From an uncultured Collinsella sp. (GTDB lineage Bacteria; Actinomycetota; Coriobacteriia; Coriobacteriales; Coriobacteriaceae), in the NCBI GenBank assembly GCA_902466855.1, contig CABQSP010000001.1, forward strand, positions 45,783 to 109,782: a stretch of 64,000 nucleotides of DNA, in the 5' to 3' direction. Of this stretch, positions 38,085-48,174 are shown in pieces. The stretch's first letter is position 1. Each line of letters begins with the position of its first letter. The notes beneath the pieces were generated by a model that saw nothing but the letters and a program-made list of their open reading frames with translations, searched no databases and was not told the origin of the DNA. Made by a program: the position numbers and the translations under genes.

Positions 38085-39146
38085 ATGGAGAGGATACTCG
38101 GCGTTAATCTCTCTGGCTGGTTTATTCCCGAGCCTTGGGTGACCCCGTCGCTGTACGCGGCGACCGGTGCATCCAACGCGGCCGAGCTGCAGGAGGCCAT
38201 GGGCACCGCCGCCTATAACGAGCGCATGCGTCGTCATTACGAGACGTTTGTGAGCGAGGATGATTTTCGCCGTATGGCGCAGATCGGCCTCAACGCCGTG
38301 CGCCTGCCGGTGCCTTGGTATGCCTTTGGCTCACAGGAGTCCGATGCCTCCTACATCTCGGTTGTCGACTACATCGACCGCGCGATTGAGTGGGCTGCCA
38401 AGTACAACATTCGCGTGCTGCTCGATCTGGCAACTGTGCCCGGTGGTCAGGGCGATTCCAACGATTCGCCCACCACGCCGGAGGCTGTTGCCGAGTGGCA
38501 TTCGTCCACTAACGGCCGCCATGTCGCACTCGACGTGCTCGAGCGTTTGGCCGATCGCTACGGTGAGGCCGAGAGCCTGCTGGGCATTGAGCTGCTTGAC
38601 ACGCCGCAGATGAGCGTCCGCAAGAGCCTCTTTACCATGACGGATGGCATTCCTGCTCACTACCTGCGCAACTTCTATCGCGATGCTTACGAGCTCGTCC
38701 GTTCGTATATGCCCGAGGATAAAATCGTCGTCTTCTCGTCTTCGGGGTATCCCAGCGAGTGGAAGCATTTTATGCGCGGCACCAAGTACAAGAACGTCTA
38801 CATGGACCTTCACCTGTACCATTACCGTGACGAGTATGCACTCGACATCACGAGCCCCCGCGGGCTGACGACGGCGATTTCGCGTAACAAGCGCGAGCTT
38901 AAAGAGGCGATTTCGACGGGGTTCCCCGTGCTGGTGGGCGAATGGTCGGGTGCGGCGATCTTTGCCAACTCGTCGGTTACGCCCGAGGGCCGCAATGCCT
39001 ACGAGCGCGTGTTCATCGCCAATCAGCTGGCATCGTTTGCGCCGGCTGCCGGTTGGTTCTTCCAAACGTGGAAGACCGAGAAGCGTATTGCGGCATGGGA
39101 TGCCCGCGCGGCGCTCGGTACGCTCGAGCGCGGCATGATTGAATAG
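38085..39146 (+). CDS. Glycoside hydrolase family 5 (exo-beta-1,3-glucanase-like)
   Basis: 'LGVNLSGWFIPEPW...NAVRLPV' is a GH5 motif block. 'LLDLHTVPGGQ'-like 'LLDLATVPGGQ' and a catalytic 'VGEWSG'-type Glu are present. Confidence 0.7.
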   Translation: MERILGVNLSGWFIPEPWVTPSLYAATGASNAAELQEAMGTAAYNERMRRHYETFVSEDDFRRMAQIGLNAVRLPVPWYAFGSQESDASYISVVDYIDRAIEWAAKYNIRVLLDLATVPGGQGDSNDSPTTPEAVAEWHSSTNGRHVALDVLERLADRYGEAESLLGIELLDTPQMSVRKSLFTMTDGIPAHYLRNFYRDAYELVRSYMPEDKIVVFSSSGYPSEWKHFMRGTKYKNVYMDLHLYHYRDEYALDITSPRGLTTAISRNKRELKEAISTGFPVLVGEWSGAAIFANSSVTPEGRNAYERVFIANQLASFAPAAGWFFQTWKTEKRIAAWDARAALGTLERGMIE

Positions 39147-39152
39147 GTTGAT

Positions 39153-40031
39153 ATGACGCAAAACAGCGCCCATACGGGCAAACTCTATGTGGTCGGCACA
39201 CCCATCGGCAACTTGGGAGACCTGTCCCCGCGCGTTGGCGAGGCGTTTGCCGCCGCCGATGCCATCTGCTGCGAAGACACGCGTGTGACGTCAAAGCTGC
39301 TAATGCACCTGGGTATCTCCAAGCCGCTTGTCCGTTGCGACGAGAATGTGATCGCCAGCCGCGCCGCCGGCCTGGTCGACCGTCTGCTGGCGGGGGAAAC
39401 CCTCGCCTTTGCCTCGGACGCCGGCATGCCGAGCGTGTCCGATCCCGGCCAGGCGCTGGTCGAGGCAGCGCGTGAGGCCGATGTACCCGTCGAAGTTATC
39501 CCCGGGCCCTCTGCTTGCGTCACGGCGCTCGTTTCGTCCGGCATTCCCTGCGAGCAATTTTTCTTTGAGGGCTTTTTGGGCCGCAAGCACGGTGACCGCG
39601 TGCGCCGTCTGCAGCGCCTTGCCGTGGTGCCCGGCGCGCTCATCTTCTACGAGTCTCCACATCGCATCGTGGCGACGCTCGAGGCTGTGGCCGAGGTCTT
39701 TCCCCAGCGTGAGGTTGCCGTCTGCCGCGAACTCACCAAGCTGCACGAGGAGGTCTTGCGCGGGCCCGCTGACCAGCTTGCCGAGGAGCTGCGTGCTCGC
39801 GGCGAGGTAAGGGGCGAGATTGCGCTGGTCATCGCGCCGCCGAGCGAGGATGAGGAGGCCGGTATCGTGCCGGTTGGCGCCGCGGCAGCGGATCCCGACG
39901 AGGCCCTGCGCGAGGATATCCGCGCCGCGCTCGAGGAGGGGGAGCCCGCGTCTGCGGTGGCCAAGCGCCTGTCTCAGAAGTATTCGCGCCGCAAGCGCGA
40001 TGTCTATGCCATGGTGCTCGATATGCAATAG
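39153..40031 (+). CDS. rsmI: 16S rRNA (cytidine1402-2'-O)-methyltransferase
   Basis: 'KLYVVGTPIGNLGDLSPRVGEAFAAADAICCEDTRVTSKLL' is the RsmI N-terminus. Confidence 0.9.
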   Translation: MTQNSAHTGKLYVVGTPIGNLGDLSPRVGEAFAAADAICCEDTRVTSKLLMHLGISKPLVRCDENVIASRAAGLVDRLLAGETLAFASDAGMPSVSDPGQALVEAAREADVPVEVIPGPSACVTALVSSGIPCEQFFFEGFLGRKHGDRVRRLQRLAVVPGALIFYESPHRIVATLEAVAEVFPQREVAVCRELTKLHEEVLRGPADQLAEELRARGEVRGEIALVIAPPSEDEEAGIVPVGAAAADPDEALREDIRAALEEGEPASAVAKRLSQKYSRRKRDVYAMVLDMQ

Positions 40032-40100
40032 ATGGAGGATATCCAGCCCTTGCGCTAGAATCATCCCCTGTATGCAACGTTTTTCTGGAGGACAAACCCC

Positions 40101-41702
40101 ATGGATCAAAGCAAGCCTTCGTTCTTTATCACGACGCCCATCTACTACGTCAACGCCGATCCGCACCTGGGCACGGCTTATTCCACCATCATCGCCGACG
40201 TTCAGGCTCGCTATCGCCGCTCCGCCGGCTATAACGTCAAGTTCCTGACCGGCATGGACGAGCACGGCGAGAAGGTCGCCGAGGCCGCAGCCAAGCATGG
40301 TATGACGCCGCAGGAGTGGACCGACAGCCAGGCCCCGCACTTCAAGGAGCTTTGGAGCAAGCTCGAGATTTCCAACGACGACTTCATCCGCACCACCGAG
40401 CCGCGCCAGCATCATGCCGTGCAGTACCTGTGGGAGCGCATGAAGGAGTCCGGTTACCTGTATAAGGGCAGCTACGACGGCTGGTATTGCGTGCCTGACG
40501 AGACCTACTTCACCGATACGCAGGTCCAGAAGGGCGACGAGGAGTACGGCAGCGTCGGCCAGCATCTATGCCCCGACTGCCACCGTCCGCTTGAGCGCGT
40601 CCAGGAGGAGTCCTACTTCTTTAAGCTTTCCGCCTTCCAGGACAAGCTTCTCAAGCTCTATGACGAGCACCCCGACTTTGTCGAGCCTGCGTTCCGCATG
40701 AACGAGGTTCGCAGCTTTGTCGAGGGCGGCCTCAACGACCTTTCCGTGAGTCGCACGAGCTTTGACTGGGGCATCCAGGTTCCGTTTGACGAGGGCCATG
40801 TGACCTATGTATGGTTTGACGCGCTGCTCAACTATATGACGGCCGTCGGCTACGGTGTCGACACCGACGAGGCGCGTGCCGAGCTGGCCTATCGCTGGCC
40901 CGCGCAGTTCCACATCGTGGGTAAGGACATCATCCGCTTCCACTGCGTCATTTGGCCCGCCATGCTCATGGCCATCGGCGAGGCCCTGCCCGAGCACGTC
41001 TTTGCCCACGGCTTCCTGACCGTGCGCAATGCCGAGACCGGCAAGGCCGAGAAGATGTCCAAGAGCCGCGGTAACGCCATCGCTCCGCAGGACGTTATCG
41101 ACATGCTGGGCGTCGAGGGCTATCGCTACTACTTTATGACCGATGTCGTTCCCGGTACCGACGGCGCCATCAGCTTCGATCGCATGGAGCAGGTCTACAA
41201 CGCCGACCTGGCCAACAGCTGGGGCAACCTTATCTCGCGTTCGCTCAACATGAGCGGCAAGTACTTTGACGGTTGCGCGCCCGCCAAGCCCGCATCGTTC
41301 GATGCGTTCGACAACCCGCTGGCAAAGATCGCCGATGGCCTGGTCGACCGCTACATGGCCAAGATGGACGTGCTCGATTACGGCGGAGCCAAGGATGAGG
41401 TCATGGAGCTCATCCACGCCGCCAACCACTACATCGAGGACTCCGAGCCCTGGGCACTTGCCAAGGACGAGGCCAAGGCTGACGAGCTGGCGTTTGTGAT
41501 CTACAACCTGCTCGAGGCCATCCGCATTGCCGCTCACCTGCTGATGCCGCTCATGCCTCAGACCTCTGCCGAGGCCCTGCGCCGCCTGTCCTGCGAGAAC
41601 GAGGCCGCGACCGACGACCTCAAGGGCATTTGCGCTTGGGGCCTGCTTGCTGGTGGTCAGCCCGTCGAGAAGGGCGATCCGCTGTTCCCGCGTCTGGCGT
41701 AG
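40101..41702 (+). CDS. metG: Methionine--tRNA ligase (short form)
   Basis: 'FITTPIYYVNADPHLGTAYS' carries the HIGH-region variant. 'KMSKSRGN' is KMSKS. Confidence 0.95.
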   Translation: MDQSKPSFFITTPIYYVNADPHLGTAYSTIIADVQARYRRSAGYNVKFLTGMDEHGEKVAEAAAKHGMTPQEWTDSQAPHFKELWSKLEISNDDFIRTTEPRQHHAVQYLWERMKESGYLYKGSYDGWYCVPDETYFTDTQVQKGDEEYGSVGQHLCPDCHRPLERVQEESYFFKLSAFQDKLLKLYDEHPDFVEPAFRMNEVRSFVEGGLNDLSVSRTSFDWGIQVPFDEGHVTYVWFDALLNYMTAVGYGVDTDEARAELAYRWPAQFHIVGKDIIRFHCVIWPAMLMAIGEALPEHVFAHGFLTVRNAETGKAEKMSKSRGNAIAPQDVIDMLGVEGYRYYFMTDVVPGTDGAISFDRMEQVYNADLANSWGNLISRSLNMSGKYFDGCAPAKPASFDAFDNPLAKIADGLVDRYMAKMDVLDYGGAKDEVMELIHAANHYIEDSEPWALAKDEAKADELAFVIYNLLEAIRIAAHLLMPLMPQTSAEALRRLSCENEAATDDLKGICAWGLLAGGQPVEKGDPLFPRLA

Positions 41703-41745
41703 AGACCGCGCGAGCGCCATATCGGCAATTTGCTGTTTAGATGTA

Positions 41746-41780
41746 AGGGCATGGCCGCAACGGTCCATGCCCTTTCGTTT
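41746..41780 (+). terminator. Terminator after metG
   Basis: gggcatggccgcaacggtccatgccc + tttcgttt. Confidence 0.6.
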
Positions 41781-41812
41781 CAAGACGCCGCCATCATGCT
41801 AAGGAGGCAACT

Positions 41813-42673
41813 ATGACAACTTCGCCTTTGGCAAACCCCACGGCAACAAGGGAGCTGCTGGAGGAGTTTGGCCTTGCGACCAAGCATCGCCTGGGCCAGA
41901 ACTTTCTAATCGACAATCATGTGATCGAGCGTATCTGCGAGCTTGCCGAGCTTGCAGGTGACGAGCGCGTACTCGAGGTGGGTCCGGGTTGCGGTACGTT
42001 GACACTTGCGTTGCTGCAGGAAGCGGCGTGCGTTACGTCCATTGAGGCCGATCCTGAGCTCGAACCGGTGCTCGACGCCCACGCCGCCGACTATGCCAAC
42101 TTCCGCTTTATCATGGGCGACGCGCTTAAGGTGGGCCCGGAGCAGATTGAGCAGGCTGCGGGCGGTGAGCCGACGGTATTTGTCGCGAACTTGCCCTATA
42201 ACGTGGCGGCGACGATCATTTTGCAATTTTTCCAGACGATGCCGGCGCTCAAGCGCGCCGTCGTCATGGTGCAAAAGGAGGTTGCCGATCGCATTGCCGC
42301 AGTGCCGGGCAACAAGATCTATGGCGGCTTTACGGCAAAGCTTGGCCTGTATGCGCAGGTAACGGGTCGCTTTGAGGTGCCGCCGCGTTGCTTTATGCCG
42401 GCGCCACACGTGGACTCGGCCGTCGTGCGTATCGACCGTGTTGACGGTGTGGTGCCCGAAGGACTCGATCGCGAATTTGTGGCCCGCGTGATTGATGCTG
42501 CATTTGCTCAGCGTCGCAAGACCATCCGCAATTCCATGAGCGCCAACGGCTTTGCCAAGGACGTGCTCGATGCCGCCTTTGAGGCTTGCGGTATCGCACC
42601 CACCACGCGGGCCGAGACGCTCGATGTTGCCGACTTTGTCCGTCTGGCCCGGGAGCTTTCCCATGACGCTTAA
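41813..42673 (+). CDS. rsmA: 16S rRNA (adenine1518/1519-N6)-dimethyltransferase
   Basis: 'HRLGQNFLIDNHVIERI' and 'VLEVGPGCGTLT'. Confidence 0.95.
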   Translation: MTTSPLANPTATRELLEEFGLATKHRLGQNFLIDNHVIERICELAELAGDERVLEVGPGCGTLTLALLQEAACVTSIEADPELEPVLDAHAADYANFRFIMGDALKVGPEQIEQAAGGEPTVFVANLPYNVAATIILQFFQTMPALKRAVVMVQKEVADRIAAVPGNKIYGGFTAKLGLYAQVTGRFEVPPRCFMPAPHVDSAVVRIDRVDGVVPEGLDREFVARVIDAAFAQRRKTIRNSMSANGFAKDVLDAAFEACGIAPTTRAETLDVADFVRLARELSHDA

Positions 42674-43580
42674 TGCCGAACGCGTGACGTTTACCAAAAA
42701 AAAGAAGACGGTTGCTTGTCCCGTGCCCTTGGCACCGCTTGCCGACACACATGCGCATCTGCTTTCGTTCTGGGGCAAGGATGTGCCCGAGACACTCGTG
42801 CGTGCCAAGGCGGCAGGCATCGACCTGTTGGTGACGGTCTTCGATCCCATTGCCGATAAGCGCAGCGTGACGGACTATAGCGACTGGCTGACGCGCGAGA
42901 TTCTGCCGATGCAGGATATCCCGCAGATCAAGTATCTTGCCGGCGTGCATCCGTATGGCGCGCCGGACTATACCGACGACGTTCACGCACAGGTTGTTGC
43001 TGCGCTTGATGACCCTTTGTGCGCCGGTATTGGCGAAATCGGTCTGGACTACCACATGGATTACGACGACGACATCACGCCGGCGCCCCACAGCGTGCAG
43101 ATTGATTGCATGGCACGTCAGCTCGAAGTCGCCATGCGCTGCAATGTGCCGGTGGAGTTGCACCTGCGGCACGAGGACTCGGATGGGGAGCGCACCTCGC
43201 ATATGGATGCGTACAACGTGCTTCGTGAGGTGGGCGTGCCCCAGGTCGGTTGTGTGCTGCACTGCTTTGGCGAGGACCGCGCCACGATGGAGCGCTTTGT
43301 GGAGCTGGGCTGCTATATCGCCTATGGTGGTGCGGCCACCTTTAAGCGCAACGAAGACGTGCGCGAGGCATTTGCGGCAACCCCACTCGATCGCATTTTG
43401 TTCGAGACGGATTGTCCCTATATGGCGCCGGAGCCCATTCGTGGTCTTGAGTGCGAGCCGGCAATGATTTCTATCACGGCAAACACGCTGGTCAACGACC
43501 GTGTCGATCGTACCGGCGAGGATGCTGAGGCAATCGCGCGAGCAGCTTGGGAAAATGCCTGCAAACTTTTTCAAAAATAG
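42663..43580 (+). CDS. tatD: TatD-family metal-dependent deoxyribonuclease
   Basis: 'LADTHAHL' and 'IGEIGLDYH'. ATG overlaps the rsmA stop. Confidence 0.85.
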   Translation: MTLNAERVTFTKKKKTVACPVPLAPLADTHAHLLSFWGKDVPETLVRAKAAGIDLLVTVFDPIADKRSVTDYSDWLTREILPMQDIPQIKYLAGVHPYGAPDYTDDVHAQVVAALDDPLCAGIGEIGLDYHMDYDDDITPAPHSVQIDCMARQLEVAMRCNVPVELHLRHEDSDGERTSHMDAYNVLREVGVPQVGCVLHCFGEDRATMERFVELGCYIAYGGAATFKRNEDVREAFAATPLDRILFETDCPYMAPEPIRGLECEPAMISITANTLVNDRVDRTGEDAEAIARAAWENACKLFQK

Positions 43581-43623
43581 TTCTTGCGTTCGCGATGGTG
43601 CTCCGTTATTCTAATTCCTGCAC

Positions 43624-43710
43624 GCGGGCGTGGCGGAATTGGCAGACGCGTACGGTTCAGGTCCGTATGGGGGCAACCCCATGAAGGTTCAAGTCCTTTC
43701 GCCCGCACCA
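43624..43710 (+). tRNA. tRNA-Leu (anticodon CAG), CCA encoded
   Basis: GCGGGCGTGGCGGAATTGGCAGACGCGTACGGTTCAGGTCCGTATGGGGGCAACCCCATGAAGGTTCAAGTCCTTTCGCCCGCACCA. Long variable arm. Confidence 0.85.
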
Positions 43711-43946
43711 TTGATTGAAAGAGCTCCCAGCAATGGGAGCTTTTTTGTTATGGGCCCATCACGGGGACTTGAACCTGTGAAGGAGCGAGCGCAAAGAAAA
43801 CGCGGAGCGTTTTTAGCGAGCTGGCGAGGACGCCGGCAGGCGGCCGAAGCCGGTGCGGATCCGCGAAGCGGATACGCGGACGTCCTTTCGCCCGCACCAT
43901 TAAATGGAAGAGCTCCCAGCAATGGGAGCTTTTTTGTTATGGGCCT
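43693..43946. repeat. tRNA-Leu-associated copy of a dispersed ~190-bp element. A 96-nt core (43785..43880) is flanked by imperfect direct repeats (43693..43756 and 43882..43946) of the tRNA 3' end plus terminator
   Basis: Core is 94% identical to 48784..48879. The flanks are 'gtcctttcgcccgcaccatt[ga/aa]...gagctcccagcaatgggagcttttttgttatgggcc' twice. An inverted T-arm-like 'ggggacttgaacc' precedes the core. Confidence 0.7.
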
Positions 43947-43995
43947 CTTGTTGATGTCACGTGGCTGCTTCGTGCGGGTATCCTAGTGCCAACGT

Positions 43996-44955
43996 GTGCC
44001 TATCAGAGGAGAGACCATGCTGTTGTCCGGAATCATTGCTGCCCTTACGAGTCTTCTGCTTCCCATCATCATTTTGTTGCTGCTGCTTCCCAACGCCTGT
44101 TATGTCGTTGAACAGCAGCATGCCGTGATCATCGAGCGCCTGGGCAAGTTCAATCGTATCGTCAACGCGGGCTTCCACATGAAGGTGCCCGTGATCGACC
44201 GCAAGGCCGCCACGGTGAGCCTGCGCACCATGAAAAACGGCTTCGGCATCGACGTTAAGACCCAGGACAACGTGACCATCGGCCTTGAGGTCTCTGCTCA
44301 GTACCACGTGAGCTATGACATGGGCGCCGGTCCGGCAGATTCGGGTATCTACAAGAGCTACTACATGCTGCAGGAGCCCGTCGACCAGATGCGCGATTTC
44401 ATCACCGATGCCCTTCGCTCTTCCATCCCCGTCTACACACTCGATGAGGTCTTTGCCAAGAAGGATGACATCGCCAAGGACGTCAACGCCACCGTGTCCG
44501 AGCAGATGGCTGCCTACGGCTTCACCCTCGTGTCGACGCTCATCACCAAGATCGCGCTGCCGACCGAGGTCGAGAACTCCATGAACGACATCAACGCCGC
44601 CCAGCGCAAACGCGCTGCTGCGCAGGAGCTCGCCGAGGCCGACCGCATCAAGCGCGTCACCGAGGCGACCGCCGAGGCCGAGGCGATGGAAAAGGCGGGC
44701 GAGGGCATCGCCAACCAGCGCAAGGCCATCGCGCTGGGCATCAAGGATTCACTCGAGATTATCCAAGAGACGGGTGTCGGCAATGACGAGGCCAACCAAC
44801 TGTTCATGTTTACGCAGTGGTCCGAGATGATGACGGAGTTCGCTCGCACGGGTAAAACCTCGACGGTCGTGCTGCCGAGCGACTTTTCGCAGTCGGCCTC
44901 GATGTTCGAGCAGATGCTGACCGCCAGCAAAGTTCAAAACGATTCGAAGGAGTAG
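43996..44955 (+). CDS. SPFH/Band-7 (stomatin/prohibitin-like) membrane protein (likely start 44017)
   Basis: N-terminal TM followed by 'AVIIERLGKFNRIVNAGFHMKVPVID' (SPFH) and a coiled-coil Ala/Glu-rich C-terminus. Confidence 0.8.
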   Translation: MPIRGETMLLSGIIAALTSLLLPIIILLLLLPNACYVVEQQHAVIIERLGKFNRIVNAGFHMKVPVIDRKAATVSLRTMKNGFGIDVKTQDNVTIGLEVSAQYHVSYDMGAGPADSGIYKSYYMLQEPVDQMRDFITDALRSSIPVYTLDEVFAKKDDIAKDVNATVSEQMAAYGFTLVSTLITKIALPTEVENSMNDINAAQRKRAAAQELAEADRIKRVTEATAEAEAMEKAGEGIANQRKAIALGIKDSLEIIQETGVGNDEANQLFMFTQWSEMMTEFARTGKTSTVVLPSDFSQSASMFEQMLTASKVQNDSKE

Positions 44956-44961
44956 ACGCGC

Positions 44962-45432
44962 GTGAAATACACCGTCGTTTGCGTCGGTAAGCTCAAGGAG
45001 CGCTTTTGGAAGGACGCGTGCGCTGAGTACACCAAGCGCCTAGGTGCCTATGCCAAGGTTGATATCCGCGAGGTGGCCGATATCGACCCGGCTAAGGCGG
45101 GCGGCGTGGATGCCGCGCGCGACAAGGAGGGGGCGGCAATTCTTGCTGCATTGCCGTCTCGAGCGCATGTGATCCTGCTGGCTATCGAGGGCAAGGAGCG
45201 TTCGAGTGAGGAGCTCTCGGCGCGGCTCGACGATCTTATGCTGCGAGGCAGCAGCGACATTGCCTTTGTAATCGGCGGTTCGGACGGCGTGAGTGATGAG
45301 GTACGCGCCCGCGCCGACGAGATGCTCAGCTTTGGACGCATTACCTTGCCGCATAACCTGGCGCGTGTGGTGCTGCTAGAGCAGATTTACCGTGCCTGCA
45401 AGATCAGCCGTGGCGAGCCGTATCACAAATAG
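44962..45432 (+). CDS. rlmH: 23S rRNA (pseudouridine1915-N3)-methyltransferase
   Basis: 'MKYTVVCVGKLKERFWKDACAEYTKRL' is an SPOUT RlmH N-terminus. Confidence 0.9.
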   Translation: MKYTVVCVGKLKERFWKDACAEYTKRLGAYAKVDIREVADIDPAKAGGVDAARDKEGAAILAALPSRAHVILLAIEGKERSSEELSARLDDLMLRGSSDIAFVIGGSDGVSDEVRARADEMLSFGRITLPHNLARVVLLEQIYRACKISRGEPYHK

Positions 45433-45505
45433 GTCGGCAATACGAAACAATGGCGTGGGACAATACCTTTCGTTTTGAGGAATGTGTCTGAAAGGACTAT
45501 GAGAT

Positions 45506-46276
45506 ATGAAGATTGGATTTGTCGGTTTTGGCAATATGGCGAGCGCTATGGCCGATGGCTGGATCGCTGCCGGTGTAGTTGCGAGCGACATGTGCGCCTG
45601 TGCGGGTCGCTACGACGCACTGGTTGAGCGCTGCGAGGCGCGCGGCATGGCCGCCTGCCACGATGCCGCCGAGGTTGTCGCCGCATCCGATATCGTGGTC
45701 GCTGCGGTCAAACCGTACATGATCGAGAAGGTATTCGCCCCGCTCAAGGATGCTCTTGCCAAAAAGGTCGTTCTGTCGGTTGCCTGGACCTGGGACAGTG
45801 TCAAGTGGGAGCAGGTCCTGCCGGGCGTCGCGCATATCTCGACGGTGCCCAACACGCCGGTTTCGGTGGGCGAGGGCGTCATCGCTTGCGAGAAGGCTTC
45901 CACGCTTAGTGATGAGCAGAGCGCAGTGGTGCTTGATCTGCTTGGCAAACTCGGTGCGGTGGTCGAGCTCGATACGAGCCTGCTGTTTGTGGGCGGCACG
46001 GTGGGTGGTTGCGCTCCGGCATTTGTCGCCATGGCAATCGAGGCCCTGGGCGATGCAGCGGTCAAGCACGGTATCCCGCGTGCCGATGCCTATCGCATTG
46101 TGAGCCAGATGGTGCTGGGTACGGCAAAGCTGCAGCTTGCAACTGGCCAGCATCCTGCGGCGATGAAGGATGCCGTATGCTCGCCCGGTGGTGCCACCAT
46201 CAAGGGCGTCGTTGCACTCGAGGACGCCGGCATGCGCAGCGCCCTGGTCAAGGCAATTGACGCAACTCTCCAATAA
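45506..46276 (+). CDS. proC: Pyrroline-5-carboxylate reductase
   Basis: 'MKIGFVGFGNMASAMADG' is the Rossmann motif. The C-terminal dimerisation domain is present. Confidence 0.9.
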   Translation: MKIGFVGFGNMASAMADGWIAAGVVASDMCACAGRYDALVERCEARGMAACHDAAEVVAASDIVVAAVKPYMIEKVFAPLKDALAKKVVLSVAWTWDSVKWEQVLPGVAHISTVPNTPVSVGEGVIACEKASTLSDEQSAVVLDLLGKLGAVVELDTSLLFVGGTVGGCAPAFVAMAIEALGDAAVKHGIPRADAYRIVSQMVLGTAKLQLATGQHPAAMKDAVCSPGGATIKGVVALEDAGMRSALVKAIDATLQ

Positions 46277-46435
46277 AACCGACCAAAAAAGACAGGTATA
46301 TTTTGGCAGGTTTTTCCTGCGGTTTTGTCGCATGTACGAAAAGCGCCCCGCAACTGGCTCAATTCCAGCTGCGGGGCGCTTGCATTTGCCCAGATAAAAC
46401 CGACCAAAATAAACCTGCCCCTTTTTGGCAGGTTA
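46274..46435. repeat. 16-bp direct repeat ATAAAACCGACCAAAA (46274 and 46394) bracketing a 15-bp-stem hairpin (46343..46380)
   Basis: Read directly. The first repeat copy overlaps the proC stop codon. Confidence 0.5.
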
Positions 46436-46606
46436 GTCCCAGAAGCTGTCTTCCTCATCCTCGGACTTGGGTCCGCGGTCGACGTACATCTTATGGGTAC
46501 GCTTCTCCATTACAAAGGCAAGAATCGCAAATAACAGGATGCCGCCGGCGAAAAGGATGGCAAAACCGGTGCGGGTGCCAAACAAAAAGGAAAAAACTGC
46601 GTCCAT
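46433..46606 (-). CDS. Small (57 aa) single-TM protein with acidic C-terminus
   Basis: 'MDAVFSFLFGTRTGFAILFAGGILLFAILAFVMEKRTHKMYVDRGPKSEDEEDSFWD'. Confidence 0.4.
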   Translation of the reverse strand: MDAVFSFLFGTRTGFAILFAGGILLFAILAFVMEKRTHKMYVDRGPKSEDEEDSFWD

Positions 46607-46717
46607 TGGGTGCCTTCTTGCGTAGTTGGGTTGGGTCGTAAACGCTCATAAGTATATACTTGCCCATACATGTACAAGGTTGCAACCTAAATGGAATGTA
46701 TATCGCCGGAGGATCTA

Positions 46718-48001
46718 ATGCTTGATATCAAGTTTGTTCGCGAGAACCCCGATGCCATCGATGTCGCCATGGCTAACCGCCAGACGTCTTGGGATCGCGA
46801 GAAGTTCTTTGAGCTCGACGACGAGCGCCGTGCCGTCATCACCGAGGTCGAGGAGCTCCAGGCTACGCGCAATGCCGAGTCCAAGAAGATCGGCGCCCTG
46901 ATGAAGGAGGGCAAGAAGGACGAGGCCGAGGCCGCCAAGGAGGCCGTGCGCGCCGTCAACGAGAAGATTGACGGTCTGGCCGAGCGCCGCACTGCTCTCG
47001 AGCAGGAGCAGTACGACTTCATGGCTCACCTGCCCAACATTCCTTGCGAGGCCACGCCGTACGGCAAGGACGAGGACGAGAACATTGAGCGCCGTCGTTG
47101 GGGCACCCCGCGCGAGTTCGACTTCGACTTTAAGCCGCACTGGGATCTGGGCACCGATCTGGACATCCTCGACTTCGAGCGTGGCAATAAGCTCTCCGGC
47201 AGCCGCTTTACCGTTCTCGGTGGCGCCGGCGCCCGCCTGGAGCGCGCCCTTATCAACTTCTTCCTCGATACGCACACCAGCCGTGGTTTTAAGGAGTGGT
47301 GGCCGCCCATCGTCGTCAAGCGTCAGACCATGTTTGGCACGGGTCAGCTGCCCAAGTTCGAGGACGACGCCTATCACGTCTCGGGCGACAACTTCCTGAT
47401 CCCCACCGCCGAGGTCGTGCTTACCAACTTGCACGCCGGCGAGGTCCTCGATGCCGACACTCTGCCGCGCCGCTACACCGCCTTCACCCCCTGCTTCCGC
47501 GAGGAGGCCGGTTCCGCCGGTCGCGACACCCGCGGCATCATCCGTCAGCACGAGTTCGACAAGGTCGAGATGGTCAAGTTCGCTAAGCCGGAGGAGTCCG
47601 ACGAGGAGCTCGAGAGCATGACCGCCGAGGCCGAGTACCTGCTGCAGCAGCTGGGCCTTCCGTATCGCGTGATTAGCCTGTGCACCGGTGACTTGGGCTT
47701 CTCTGCCCGTCAGACCTACGACGTCGAGGTCTGGCTGCCGAGCTACAACGCCTACAAGGAGATTAGCTCCTGCTCCAACTGCGGTGACTTCCAGGCTCGC
47801 CGCGCCAACATCAAGTATCGCGACCCCGAGAACTTCAAGGGTTCGCGCTACTTGCACACTCTCAACGGTTCCGGCTTGCCGGCCGGCCGCACCATGGCCG
47901 CTATTCTGGAGAACTACCAGAACGCCGACGGCACCATCACGATCCCCGAGGTCCTGCGCCCCTACATGGGCGGCCTCGAGAAGATCGAGCCGGTCGCGTA
48001 A
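46718..48001 (+). CDS. serS: Serine--tRNA ligase
   Basis: '[14 protein letters not shown]...' coiled-coil N-domain, then class II core motifs 'FREEAGS' and 'GSGLPAGRT'. Confidence 0.95.
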   Translation: MLDIKFVRENPDAIDVAMANRQTSWDREKFFELDDERRAVITEVEELQATRNAESKKIGALMKEGKKDEAEAAKEAVRAVNEKIDGLAERRTALEQEQYDFMAHLPNIPCEATPYGKDEDENIERRRWGTPREFDFDFKPHWDLGTDLDILDFERGNKLSGSRFTVLGGAGARLERALINFFLDTHTSRGFKEWWPPIVVKRQTMFGTGQLPKFEDDAYHVSGDNFLIPTAEVVLTNLHAGEVLDADTLPRRYTAFTPCFREEAGSAGRDTRGIIRQHEFDKVEMVKFAKPEESDEELESMTAEAEYLLQQLGLPYRVISLCTGDLGFSARQTYDVEVWLPSYNAYKEISSCSNCGDFQARRANIKYRDPENFKGSRYLHTLNGSGLPAGRTMAAILENYQNADGTITIPEVLRPYMGGLEKIEPVA

Positions 48002-48024
48002 CTTGCCTGCATAGGGGATATGCA

Positions 48025-48058
48025 AGGGCGCTCCTTCGGGGGCGCCCTATTTCGTGCG
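48025..48058 (+). terminator. Terminator after serS
   Basis: agggcgctcc-ttcg-ggggcgccct + atttcgtg. Confidence 0.55.
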
Positions 48059-48174
48059 TAGGTCCATACCATGCCGTGCGGACAGCTCAATAGAAAACAC
48101 ACGAACAACTGTTCTGTATACAGCCATCTACCTGCTATGCTTTTGCTAAATAAGAGCGAGAGAAAGGGGACGCG

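Noticed and set aside
43630-43986. 118-aa ORF on the + strand
   Set aside because: It runs through tRNA-Leu, its terminator and the repeat element, and translates the duplicated segments as a repeated peptide. It is an artefact of GC-rich non-coding DNA.
46090-46685. Minus-strand ORFs of 122 aa (46090..46458) and 64 aa (46491..46685)
   Set aside because: The first overlaps proC antisense and the hairpin/repeat region. The second is Cys/His-rich low-complexity. Only the 57-aa TM ORF (46433..46606) has a protein-like sequence.
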